64,000 nucleotides of DNA from positions 4,785 to 68,784 of IMG/VR virus record IMGVR_UViG_3300013014_001014. One strand, given 5' to 3'. A program made the translations under genes and the position numbers. Positions 37,646 to 47,126 of this stretch are shown piece after piece. Position 1 is the stretch's first letter, and each line of letters opens with the position of its first letter. Source of the stretch: a virus. The notes beneath the pieces were generated by a model. It had not been told where the DNA came from. It did no database searches and worked only from the letters and a program-made list of their open reading frames with translations.

Positions 37646-38787
37646 GAATTTATACAATCTTTTAATTTTTGTATATCATTGAATTTAAATGGTTGATCTG
37701 GTACACGTCTACAAACATCTGGATACATATCCACACCCAATAATTCAACCCCACTTGTAATTAGATGTAATTTTGTTTGTTTGACTGTACATAACCACTC
37801 TAACATGGGTTTCCATTCAGCATAATGTGGACCGGTGATAATAATATTTTTAGTACCTGGAGATTCAAAAATTATGTTAAATGTTGTAGATCCTCCTTGT
37901 TGTATAATACAGTCTGAATTATTTACTAATTTTATTTTTTCAAAAATATTAAGATCCATTAATTCTACATTTTCAAATCCTAAATGTTCTATTTCTTTAT
38001 AAACTTCTTTTTCGTTCGTCATATATCTAAAGTGATACCATCCGTTTTTTTGAGTATCCAATCTAGATATAAAATTATTTTTTGCAAATGTTCTTTTTAC
38101 TTTTTTGCTTTCTTCAACTAATAAGTTATATAATTCGAATTGAGTGTCGCTCCATAACCAAACATCCTGAGAAGTATATGGTACAGGCAAAATTAACGTA
38201 TCAATGTGATAAACTTTTCCCATTGTTAAAGGCAAAAATTTATCAAATAAATTATTATGTTTCAAATAAAAGTCAGTGATATCTTCAGCAAAATCACTTC
38301 TAAAACTCAATTTTTTTATAAAACTTTTATCGTTTACATCATTTGCATAATTTATTATGGGTCTTATTTGGCCAAATTTAACATTTGAGTTGTTTTTGCA
38401 CATTTGGGGATAATACCACATTTTTGGATATACATCTGTTAAAAAATGACTGTAATTCCATTCTAAATAATCATAACAAAAAAATAATTCATCTACGTGT
38501 TCATCTATTTTTAAATTTTTAGATTCTTCGGAATATTCACCATATTCTATAGTAGGATTTTTTTCGTCATACCACAAAGCATTAGTATCAGGATGTCTAT
38601 TAATGTATTTTTTAATTCTATAATTTTCACTGTATACTTTTATATTATTATAAACATCGTCTAATGTAAGCTTAGAAAAATTTGTTAAATCAATAATACA
38701 ATTCTTCAAAATAAAACATTTATTTTTGTTTTTATAAATGTCTGGTATTATTTTTAATTCAGGAAACTTATATTGATCGAAATTCAT
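37642..38787 (-). CDS. GT61/DUF563-like glycosyltransferase; likely start MNFDQYK
   Basis: NYSHFLTD, FISR, NEKEV, EKIKLV. Confidence 0.65.
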   Translation of the reverse strand: MNFDQYKFPELKIIPDIYKNKNKCFILKNCIIDLTNFSKLTLDDVYNNIKVYSENYRIKKYINRHPDTNALWYDEKNPTIEYGEYSEESKNLKIDEHVDELFFCYDYLEWNYSHFLTDVYPKMWYYPQMCKNNSNVKFGQIRPIINYANDVNDKSFIKKLSFRSDFAEDITDFYLKHNNLFDKFLPLTMGKVYHIDTLILPVPYTSQDVWLWSDTQFELYNLLVEESKKVKRTFAKNNFISRLDTQKNGWYHFRYMTNEKEVYKEIEHLGFENVELMDLNIFEKIKLVNNSDCIIQQGGSTTFNIIFESPGTKNIIITGPHYAEWKPMLEWLCTVKQTKLHLITSGVELLGVDMYPDVCRRVPDQPFKFNDIQKLKDCINS

Positions 38788-38827
38788 GTTAATATGTATT
38801 AAAATACATTCTAGTTTACTATTTTTT

Positions 38828-39439
38828 ATGAATAATTCTTTTAACGGGTGGTTACACATTGAGCAATTTAATTTAAATAAAGTTATTGATTTAGTCTTAA
38901 CTAATGGAACATCAGAAACAATAAATTCAGATATGTGGTTAACTCCTATGATAGGGGATAAATCCGAATCGTTGTCTGTTTTAGATTTTGGGTGTGGAGT
39001 AGGACGTAATATTTTTGACTTTTCACAAAATTTTCAAAATTGGAAATTTTACGGATACGATAATCCACATATGCTAGATAAAGCAAATGAATATTCTAAA
39101 CTAAAATTTAACAAGACTATCTATGATTATTCAAACATAGAACTTATATCGAATTGGGAACAATTAAAAAAAATAAAATTTGATTGTATATATGCCACTA
39201 TTGTTTTTCAACATATACACGAAAATGATCTTAATTTATATTTACAAGATATCAAGCAAATGACTCATAGACTAATTGTATCCGGAAGAAGATTCAATGA
39301 TGATATAATTGATGGTAAGTATAAAAATACATGGCAGATATTGGAAAATAATGGATTCTACCCATCAAATGCCAAAGAAATAAATTATAAAATTGACGGT
39401 GATCCCGAACAACATATAACATGTATATATGATCTTTGA
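38828..39439 (+). CDS. class I SAM methyltransferase; likely start MNNSFNGW
   Basis: VLDFGCGVGRN, FDCIYATIVFQHI. Confidence 0.85.
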   Translation: MNNSFNGWLHIEQFNLNKVIDLVLTNGTSETINSDMWLTPMIGDKSESLSVLDFGCGVGRNIFDFSQNFQNWKFYGYDNPHMLDKANEYSKLKFNKTIYDYSNIELISNWEQLKKIKFDCIYATIVFQHIHENDLNLYLQDIKQMTHRLIVSGRRFNDDIIDGKYKNTWQILENNGFYPSNAKEINYKIDGDPEQHITCIYDL

Positions 39440-39518
39440 TTTAAAAGATTTGGAAATACAAGTTCTTAAAAAATTTGATTTGATTTATTGGACTATTCAA
39501 AATAATTATATAAAATGA
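39429..39518 (+). pseudogene. 29-aa mini-ORF, probable deletion remnant of a GT25-like gene
   Basis: MIFDLKDLEIQVL resembles MHINFKDIEVKVL of the 40294 ORF; overlaps both neighbours. Confidence 0.5.
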
Positions 39519-40291
39519 TTATAAATAAAAAAAATGTTTTAATTAGTATTCCTGTTAAAAACTGTGCGCCTTGGTTGGAAACCACAATTAAACAAATTAT
39601 TAACTTGAATTATGATAAAGAAAACTTGTCTATTGTTTTTGTAGAGAATGATAGTGAGGATAATTCATTTGCCGTAATAGAATATTGTATACACGAATTG
39701 TTATCAAAATATAGATACAGATCTATAAAATACGAGAAAAAAGATATCGGATTTAAATTACCACACGAATCCAGACATGACTTTAGACATATGGATAAAA
39801 GAATGAATAGTTTAAAAACTATACGTAATTATATAGTTGATAATTATTTAGCGGATAATTGTTATATATGGTGGGTAGACGCGGATTATCAATATATCCC
39901 ACCAAACTTTTTAAAAGAATCTGTAGAGTTTGGTACCGATATCATCATGCCACGTGTTGAAGTTAATGGTATAAATTATGATGGAATGACTCATGCATAC
40001 ATTGACGGCGTTGGTATTCCTATAGATGAAGTAGCAAAAAAATTTGATGATGTATTTTATCCAATGAATTTGGTAGAATGTGCTTCTTTGGTTTCTAGAA
40101 AAGTATTCGATAGTGGTATCAGATATGATAGTGGTCCTTTAAAAGGAAATGACGGTATTACTGAACATTATTATCAAGAAGGTCCACATTTTTCTCATAG
40201 AGCAAAATTAGCTGGATTTAAATTATACGGTTCATTAAAGCACGTAATTATTCATCAACCAATAAATGGTACTATACCATACAATGATTAG
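39515..40291 (+). CDS. GT-A glycosyltransferase (Anp1/GT62-like)
   Basis: IPVKN, ENDSEDNS, IRN, WVDAD. Confidence 0.75.
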   Translation: MIINKKNVLISIPVKNCAPWLETTIKQIINLNYDKENLSIVFVENDSEDNSFAVIEYCIHELLSKYRYRSIKYEKKDIGFKLPHESRHDFRHMDKRMNSLKTIRNYIVDNYLADNCYIWWVDADYQYIPPNFLKESVEFGTDIIMPRVEVNGINYDGMTHAYIDGVGIPIDEVAKKFDDVFYPMNLVECASLVSRKVFDSGIRYDSGPLKGNDGITEHYYQEGPHFSHRAKLAGFKLYGSLKHVIIHQPINGTIPYND

Positions 40292-40293
40292 TT

Positions 40294-40914
40294 ATGCATA
40301 TAAATTTTAAAGATATAGAAGTTAAAGTATTGACTATACCAAGTAATACTTCAAGACTTGATCAATTTAAGCGTGTTTTTGAAGATAAGTTAAACTTCGA
40401 TGTATATTATGGTATAACATTACCCAGACCATTAGGATGTGATATATCTTTAATAAAGCTGTGGAATATTATTAAACCACCGATTCTTATATTAGAAGAC
40501 GATTGTTGTCCAACCGAATGGTTCAAAACTGAAATGAATGTTCCTGATGATGCTGATGTCGTTCATATAGGAACATCTGGTTGGGGAGTTAAAGATGGTA
40601 AATCTGAATGGAATAATTTATCTCTCTCAAAATATAACGATGATTATTATAAAATAAGTGGTATGACCAGTACACATGGTATGTTGTTTTTAACGCAACG
40701 ATATTTAGAAAACTTAAAATCTATAGGTCAAAAATATCCTTTTTTATGTGAAGTTGGAGGAGTAGGAATTGATTATTTTACATGTCAATATCAACATGAA
40801 TATAATGTATATGGTGTAGCTAAACCACTTGTTTATCAAAATGATCCATCTACTGAATGTATGACTAAATATCCTCTAGAAAATATTTATAAAAAATTAA
40901 AAGAAAATGTATGA
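40294..40914 (+). CDS. GT25-like glycosyltransferase
   Basis: LGCDIS, ILEDD, STHG, ID, PLVYQ. Confidence 0.65.
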   Translation: MHINFKDIEVKVLTIPSNTSRLDQFKRVFEDKLNFDVYYGITLPRPLGCDISLIKLWNIIKPPILILEDDCCPTEWFKTEMNVPDDADVVHIGTSGWGVKDGKSEWNNLSLSKYNDDYYKISGMTSTHGMLFLTQRYLENLKSIGQKYPFLCEVGGVGIDYFTCQYQHEYNVYGVAKPLVYQNDPSTECMTKYPLENIYKKLKENV

Positions 40915-41717
40915 ATGTTGTTTGTCCGAATTTAAATCATATACCTGAGTCATTTTGGAATTACAAATTAAAAAATCAAAATATTAACATCACTATTAAA
41001 TTCGGATATCCAAATACTTTTGAAGACAATGTTATTGTTACTGATACGGAGATTTTAAATCTGAATCAAGATTATAAGAACATATGTGGATGGATAATTG
41101 AGTCTTCTGATATCTTAGAACATTTTACAACTGGATATTTTGAAAAAGTAAAGAATAACTTGTACATGTTTAAAAAAATATACACTCACGATATAGATTT
41201 GTTAAATTATTCTGATAAATTTGTTTTTTATCCACACGGCGATTGTTGGATTAAAGATCCTAAGTTTAATAAAACCAAACTAATCTCAATGATATCATCT
41301 GGTAAAGATTGGATATCTGGTCATAGATTTAGATTAGAAATTGTAAAAAATATTTCTACTAAAATTGATTTTTTTGGCAGAGATACAAATCCTATTGATA
41401 GAAAAGAAGATGCTCTTAACGAATATATGTTTTCTATTGCAATGGAGAACTGTAAAAAAGATTATTATTTTACCGAAAAATTAATTGATTGTTTTAGAAC
41501 AAAAACAATCCCAATTTACTGGGGATGTCCATCTATAGGCAATTTTTTTGATGTAAACGGAATACTTACATTTAATACGGTTGAAGAGTTAAAATCAATT
41601 CTACTAAACTTAACAAATGAATATTACTATTCAAAAATTAAATCAATCGAATTTAATTATAAAAAATCATTTGAATATGATTCACCTTTTAGTAATTGTC
41701 AGATATTTTTTGAATAA
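40911..41717 (+). CDS. GT10-like fucosyltransferase
   Basis: YMFSIAMENCKKDYYFTEKLIDCF..TIPIYWG. Confidence 0.8.
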   Translation: MNVVCPNLNHIPESFWNYKLKNQNINITIKFGYPNTFEDNVIVTDTEILNLNQDYKNICGWIIESSDILEHFTTGYFEKVKNNLYMFKKIYTHDIDLLNYSDKFVFYPHGDCWIKDPKFNKTKLISMISSGKDWISGHRFRLEIVKNISTKIDFFGRDTNPIDRKEDALNEYMFSIAMENCKKDYYFTEKLIDCFRTKTIPIYWGCPSIGNFFDVNGILTFNTVEELKSILLNLTNEYYYSKIKSIEFNYKKSFEYDSPFSNCQIFFE

Positions 41718-42430
41718 ATAAATTTATTATAATTTTGATAATTTGTTTGTGGTCGTTCGTCTTCTATAATATATTCTTCTAAATTTAGTCCTTCAAATGA
41801 CGTTGAGTTCCACGTGTAAAATTTTTTACTACACTTGTTTGTAAGTTTATTTAAATATTCAAGTCTATTATTCATTTCAATTTCTGAAATACAATAGTTT
41901 GAAATTACAAGATCATAATTTTCATTTATTTTATCAATATCAAAACATGATATTATATCAATATCTAGATCTGTTTTATTAAAATAATATTTTTGTAATT
42001 GTGTGACATTAGGTAAATCTATTATAGAATAATTTAATTTATGATTTTTCATTATATTCTTTAAATAAAAACATAATCCTCCGTATCCCCCTCCAATTTC
42101 AATTATTTTTATATCATTTTTATTATACCAATTTTCAATTTTCGATTTAATTAATAAAGCATGATAAATATATCTTAAATTTGACGGAGATATATGAAAT
42201 CCTTCTATATCATAGATACTCGGATTTCCTATGCTGTCATTTATTTTGATTAAATCAGTGTAATTTTCGACATTAGAATTAAACTCATTTTCGATTAGTT
42301 TTTTATATTGCAATCCAAACTCATGAGATACATGTTCTAACATGTAGGTAAAATCACAATGTCTTTTGAAATTGATATCTATATTTGACAAAAAATTATT
42401 ATAAACCAAATATGTATTATCTATTTTCAT
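41699..42430 (-). CDS. putative sugar O-methyltransferase
   Basis: IGNP, LRY, IEIGGGYGG, DLP, ISNYCISE. Confidence 0.8.
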   Translation of the reverse strand: MKIDNTYLVYNNFLSNIDINFKRHCDFTYMLEHVSHEFGLQYKKLIENEFNSNVENYTDLIKINDSIGNPSIYDIEGFHISPSNLRYIYHALLIKSKIENWYNKNDIKIIEIGGGYGGLCFYLKNIMKNHKLNYSIIDLPNVTQLQKYYFNKTDLDIDIISCFDIDKINENYDLVISNYCISEIEMNNRLEYLNKLTNKCSKKFYTWNSTSFEGLNLEEYIIEDERPQTNYQNYNKFIYSKNI

Positions 42431-42431
42431 T

Positions 42432-43190
42432 TTAAATTTGTATCCAACTTTTTGGAATTATATTTTTAGAATCTATATCAGATTGATCGGAGAACCATTT
42501 TTTTGGTCCTACTACAGTTTTATTGTTGTTTTTATTTAACCAAGCGCTCCACCAACTAAATGTACTATTAGCAATTATGTTGTGGTCACATAAACTCATC
42601 AATATCAAATCAATCATTTCATCATTAAATATAGAATAATACGAGTTTGGATAATTTTGTTTAACAAATTCTATGTCATCTGATATGAATAAAAATGAAC
42701 AATTCTTATAAATGTCCATAGCTTGTTTGTAGTAATCGTGTGTAAGAATATTGTATATATGATTGTGGGATAAATAATCACCTCTTCTTATATGAACCGA
42801 TACAATCGGTCTTGGAATTGTTTTTATAAATTCCTCTATTTCATTTTTCCTGTATGAAAGATTATACAAATTTATAACTTCTTCTCTTTTATTTTTAAAA
42901 TATAATACTGATTGAAAATAACCATCTAATAGAAGATTCTCCGAGTAGGGAATTGTATCATAAGAATGTTTTAATTCAGTATAATTGTTTTTGCAAATAA
43001 AATCTCTTGTTGTTTTAACATTTTTAAATATAGTATCTTTATATTTTATTGATTTACACCCCTGCATGGGAGTATAACATTTATCAAAATCAAATACAGC
43101 AATATCATTATTTTCCAATGCGTGTACATAAGTCGTTGATATTTGAAATAATTGATTACCAATTCCACCTTTTAAATTACAACTTATCAT
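42432..43190 (-). CDS. GT11 alpha-1,2-fucosyltransferase-like
   Basis: GGIGNQLFQ, GYFQS, HIRRGDY, NSTFSWW. Confidence 0.9.
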   Translation of the reverse strand: MISCNLKGGIGNQLFQISTTYVHALENNDIAVFDFDKCYTPMQGCKSIKYKDTIFKNVKTTRDFICKNNYTELKHSYDTIPYSENLLLDGYFQSVLYFKNKREEVINLYNLSYRKNEIEEFIKTIPRPIVSVHIRRGDYLSHNHIYNILTHDYYKQAMDIYKNCSFLFISDDIEFVKQNYPNSYYSIFNDEMIDLILMSLCDHNIIANSTFSWWSAWLNKNNNKTVVGPKKWFSDQSDIDSKNIIPKSWIQI

Positions 43191-43774
43191 AACAGCTCGT
43201 AAATCCAACAACCTTCATTTGTATGTTTTGTGTTTTTTAATAGTTCATTAACTGCTTTTTTAACACCTGGCCAAGAATCCGAATCTGCCCAATAGTCATG
43301 TCCAGATAATATTCCATTTTTTTTAACTTTTGGTAACCAATGAATTATATCATTTTTTACGTCTTCATATTCATGAGAAGCGTCAATAAAAATAAAATCT
43401 ATCGAATCGTCATCAAAAAGTTTTGAAGCTTCTACAGATGGTAGACGGAGATCGGTATAATAGTTTTCAAACGGAGACATATTGTTTTTAAATATATTAT
43501 ATAGATCTGATACTTCATCGTATGATTGATGTTCAACGCTACCATTCCAAGTATCCACACATATAAATTTTATGTCTTTTTTAGAATTTATAATTTCGAC
43601 CACCATATATGCAGCTGATTGACCTTTCCAGCTTCCTATTTCAATAAATGTACTATTGTTAGGAAATCTTTTAACCATTTCTGAATACAACTTTGGATAT
43701 GTAAAAAAAGAATTGTTAAATTGTGGTTCGGTGTATATGTGATTCATTTTTGTATATATATGGTTATACTTCAT
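43187..43774 (-). CDS. class I SAM methyltransferase (Methyltransf_24-like); start at 43774 or 43747
   Basis: EIGSWKGQS, FIDASHEY, GHDY. Confidence 0.85.
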   Translation of the reverse strand: MKYNHIYTKMNHIYTEPQFNNSFFTYPKLYSEMVKRFPNNSTFIEIGSWKGQSAAYMVVEIINSKKDIKFICVDTWNGSVEHQSYDEVSDLYNIFKNNMSPFENYYTDLRLPSVEASKLFDDDSIDFIFIDASHEYEDVKNDIIHWLPKVKKNGILSGHDYWADSDSWPGVKKAVNELLKNTKHTNEGCWIYELL

Positions 43775-44423
43775 ATCCATGACATCCGAATGTCTTTAAG
43801 TTTTGATTTTCTGGAAGTATTTTCTCTTTAGAAAATTTCAAAGCAACTTCAAATGGCGCAAACACGTTTCCGTGTTTTTCATATAATTTATGATTATGTA
43901 CACATATTGTGTTGTCTTCGTTAACAGAATAGTGATTTAAGTGTTTGTAATAACATCCAAACATTGTTGATGCAAATGGTATGTGTTCAATATTGGGGGT
44001 ATTTAATAATCTTTTACTTCGTAAACTAAATCCTCCATTTCCAACTCTTATGTGTTTATTGTCTGGGTCTATATAACAACTATCTGTATATGGCCAAGGC
44101 GCGCCTATATAATCATATTTCAAAAATTCATCAGTCCACAAATGTGGATTTATTACAAATCCATCGTGTTGAACAACCAAACAAAATTCAGTATCTACAT
44201 GTTTATATAAATCGTATATCATGTAGTGACTATATGCCTCTATGGATGTTAAATGTCTACACTTTTCAATTTTTATGTGTGGATCAACCTGTATTTTTTC
44301 GTGGGTAATTAATTTAATTTCATTAAAATTTATATTTTTCGAACAATGTAGAATTGAATTTATAGACTCATTTAACTTTACTGAAGTAACGCATATAAGA
44401 GTAACATCTTTTAAATTAATCAT
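43764..44423 (-). CDS. DUF5672-like GT-A protein
   Basis: QHDGF, YDYIGAPW, VGNGGFSLRS, NED. Confidence 0.8.
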   Translation of the reverse strand: MINLKDVTLICVTSVKLNESINSILHCSKNINFNEIKLITHEKIQVDPHIKIEKCRHLTSIEAYSHYMIYDLYKHVDTEFCLVVQHDGFVINPHLWTDEFLKYDYIGAPWPYTDSCYIDPDNKHIRVGNGGFSLRSKRLLNTPNIEHIPFASTMFGCYYKHLNHYSVNEDNTICVHNHKLYEKHGNVFAPFEVALKFSKEKILPENQNLKTFGCHGYEV

Positions 44424-44424
44424 A

Positions 44425-45087
44425 TTAGAAAAGTGGGGTTTTAGCACAGTCGTTATATAGATGTGTGCTTCTTCCTGGGATACAACTTGCTATTTTTCTA
44501 TTTTTAGCTCTCAACAACAAAAATGATTCATAATCCCAACACGAAGTTGGATTTAGTTTAAATCTTTCAATCCACACATTATAATCCGATTTCAATGTAT
44601 CATATTTACATGCAAATGTACCTGTTGTAGAATTTGTAAATTTCCAATGAGAATTTTTAGTTAAAAAAACTATAGTTCTTTCGCCAATATCCGTAACCTC
44701 TGGGTTTGTCCAACCGCTGTATGAATACTTATCTGGATGGTCATATAAAGTAACGTAATCTGAATGTTGTAATCCTTCTTCAATCAGTTTATCAGATCCG
44801 ATTTTATGTAAATAATCATCTTCTACTAAATATAAACTATCATTCGTGGTAAAATTATTTAAACAAAAATCTAATTTATTAATAAAATATGTAGATCTGC
44901 CTCTAACTTTATTTTCTATAAAGTTTATATTCTTTGATTTAACGAAATTTACAAACTCATTGTTTAGATTATCACCCAACACATAAATTTGATCATCTTT
45001 GAAAATTTCACATAAATTATTGAAAGATGTTTTTTTACAGATTTTACTGTTTGTGTTTTCACATATGGACAATATTATTCTTAACAT
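44425..45087 (-). CDS. GT-A-like glycosyltransferase
   Basis: YLVEDDYLH, YDHPDKY. Confidence 0.65.
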   Translation of the reverse strand: MLRIILSICENTNSKICKKTSFNNLCEIFKDDQIYVLGDNLNNEFVNFVKSKNINFIENKVRGRSTYFINKLDFCLNNFTTNDSLYLVEDDYLHKIGSDKLIEEGLQHSDYVTLYDHPDKYSYSGWTNPEVTDIGERTIVFLTKNSHWKFTNSTTGTFACKYDTLKSDYNVWIERFKLNPTSCWDYESFLLLRAKNRKIASCIPGRSTHLYNDCAKTPLF

Positions 45088-45115
45088 AACTATTTATATC
45101 TATATTTATAAGTAT

Positions 45116-45658
45116 ATGTCTAAATTACGAGAATTAGGAGATCTTGGCGACAGAATGATGCAAGGTTTACCTTTTGCACAAGGAGGAGCTGTTTCTGGTG
45201 CTTCTGATGTATCTACATTTACGAGTCCTGATGTATCACAAGATCCGAGTAATTTTGACACATTAACCGATAAAAGCAAGATTACCGTTAGTTCAAAAGA
45301 TTCAATGTCAAAAGTAACACCATTTGGTCCATATACTGGCCAAAATCCAAGAGATTATGTGGGAGATGTTGAAAAAATCAAATACAAAGTAACTCCTGAT
45401 GAAATTATCATGGGTATTGATTATGAAATGAAGAAACTTGTACTAAAAGATAAGCAAGTAGCCAAACAAAACGTCGTGAATAATCTAAAAAATGACCACC
45501 AGTATTATAGCAAACTACATATGTTAGATATTGAAGATGGAAAAGAAGAAAAGAAATCAGAAGAAATAACTGATTATCGCACACCACAAGAAAAAGCTAT
45601 TGCTGAAATAATGAGAGATTTGCACGAAAAGAAGAAACAACGTAGAAATTGGAGTTAA
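45116..45658 (+). CDS. putative virion protein; likely start MSKLRE
   Basis: GIDYEM...NLKNDHQYYSKL module, also present in the 45867 ORF. Confidence 0.65.
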   Translation: MSKLRELGDLGDRMMQGLPFAQGGAVSGASDVSTFTSPDVSQDPSNFDTLTDKSKITVSSKDSMSKVTPFGPYTGQNPRDYVGDVEKIKYKVTPDEIIMGIDYEMKKLVLKDKQVAKQNVVNNLKNDHQYYSKLHMLDIEDGKEEKKSEEITDYRTPQEKAIAEIMRDLHEKKKQRRNWS

Positions 45659-45670
45659 TATTTATTATAT

Positions 45671-45874
45671 ATGAGAAATTTTGCTAAAGACGGACCACCT
45701 CAATATCGTAAACCAGATCCACTTCATAAAGGATGGCATTATATTGGCGATGGTAAATTTCACGATCCCACTTTGGGAAGTGATGCAATGCGAGGTCGTA
45801 GATGGATGATTGATCCAAGTGCGGGAAACGGTAAAAGCTTTTCAAAATTTCAACAAGGAATGAAAAATGATTAA
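45671..45874 (+). CDS. hypothetical protein
   Basis: 67-aa ORF preceded by TATTTAT and overlapping the next gene. Confidence 0.6.
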   Translation: MRNFAKDGPPQYRKPDPLHKGWHYIGDGKFHDPTLGSDAMRGRRWMIDPSAGNGKSFSKFQQGMKND

Positions 45875-47117
45875 TAATTTAGATAAATTGTCAGGCGGCG
45901 TAGGTGATAATACTCCTACAACCGAAGTAGATCCTATACAACTCTCTACCGGAATTCAGATAGAAATGGAACATACAAACGATACTGAAATTGCGCAATC
46001 TATCGCAATGGACCACTTAACAGAAGATCCTAAATATTACAGTAAATTGGTTGCTGCTGGATTAGCTAGTGAATTTAAACCTTCCACTGGTTCTGGATTA
46101 GGCGATACAAATCAAAGTATTAATGATAAATCTAGAGTTGGTAATAAAGGTTTACAAAAAGGTAATATGGGTGGGACTATTGGTAGTACATCAAATGGAC
46201 AAGTAGATGGTAGACGCAGTGAACCTATTGTAAATAAGACCATTGATATCGAATTGGAAGGTCAAACTTTTAATAGCTTAGAAGAAGCTATGTTAGACGA
46301 AAAGAAAAGAAGAAAGAAAGGCAAAGGTAAAAGAAAACCAAAACCAACAAATCCTGCTTTATGGGCTAGAGCCAAATCCGCAGCAAGATCTAAATTTGAT
46401 GTTTATCCCAGCGCTTATGCTAATGGATGGGCCGCTAAATGGTACAAAAGTAAAGGCGGCGGATGGCGAATGAGTGAAGCTTATCCAACTCAAGCTATGG
46501 AAAGTTCATTTCCATTAGACGGAACAATGGTCGGATCTGGTACAAATGGCAGTGGATATGATTTTGTGGGATATGCAGAAAATAAAAAAACTATGAATAA
46601 ACAACAACTAAAAGAAGCTATTAAACGAATGATTCGTGAAATGGAACAAGACGATGTTAATGTAGATGCAGAAAAAGAATCTGTGACTATCACATTGGAT
46701 CGTGAACTTGCTCAAAAACTTCACGCTTTATTAATGACACAATTGGCTCCGGCCGGTGAAGATGCTGAACAAACACCAGCTGGACCAGAAGACGCAAATG
46801 CTGTAGTACCAGCTGAAGACGATACAGAAGTTACCGCTGCTAACATGAGTAGCGATCAATTGCCTATTAAAGCTGGTGAAGAAAGTGGCGAATCTGTTGA
46901 TGATATTACATCTGATGAATCAGATTCAATGGATGAAGCTAAAAAGAAATGGATACAAAAAGCCATTAGTAAACCAGGCGCTTTGAAAAAACAACTTGGT
47001 GTATCTGCTGACAAAAAAATCCCAGCTGGTAAATTAGCCGTTGCAGTAAAAAAAGGTGGTAAAGTGGGTCAAAGAGCTCGATTAGCAATGACTCTTCGAA
47101 AGTTAAAGAATAAGTAA
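45867..47117 (+). CDS. modular putative virion/internal protein (DUF5661-like N-terminus)
   Basis: GIQIEMEHT..IAMDHLTEDPKYYSKL; PSAYANGW module; WIQKAISKPGAL module. Confidence 0.7.
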   Translation: MINNLDKLSGGVGDNTPTTEVDPIQLSTGIQIEMEHTNDTEIAQSIAMDHLTEDPKYYSKLVAAGLASEFKPSTGSGLGDTNQSINDKSRVGNKGLQKGNMGGTIGSTSNGQVDGRRSEPIVNKTIDIELEGQTFNSLEEAMLDEKKRRKKGKGKRKPKPTNPALWARAKSAARSKFDVYPSAYANGWAAKWYKSKGGGWRMSEAYPTQAMESSFPLDGTMVGSGTNGSGYDFVGYAENKKTMNKQQLKEAIKRMIREMEQDDVNVDAEKESVTITLDRELAQKLHALLMTQLAPAGEDAEQTPAGPEDANAVVPAEDDTEVTAANMSSDQLPIKAGEESGESVDDITSDESDSMDEAKKKWIQKAISKPGALKKQLGVSADKKIPAGKLAVAVKKGGKVGQRARLAMTLRKLKNK

Positions 47118-47126
47118 TATACTTAT

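Noticed and set aside
38786-38859. Head-to-head overlapping genes
   Set aside because: Artifact of longest-ORF starts; probable starts at 38787 (minus) and 38828 (plus) leave a 40-bp gap
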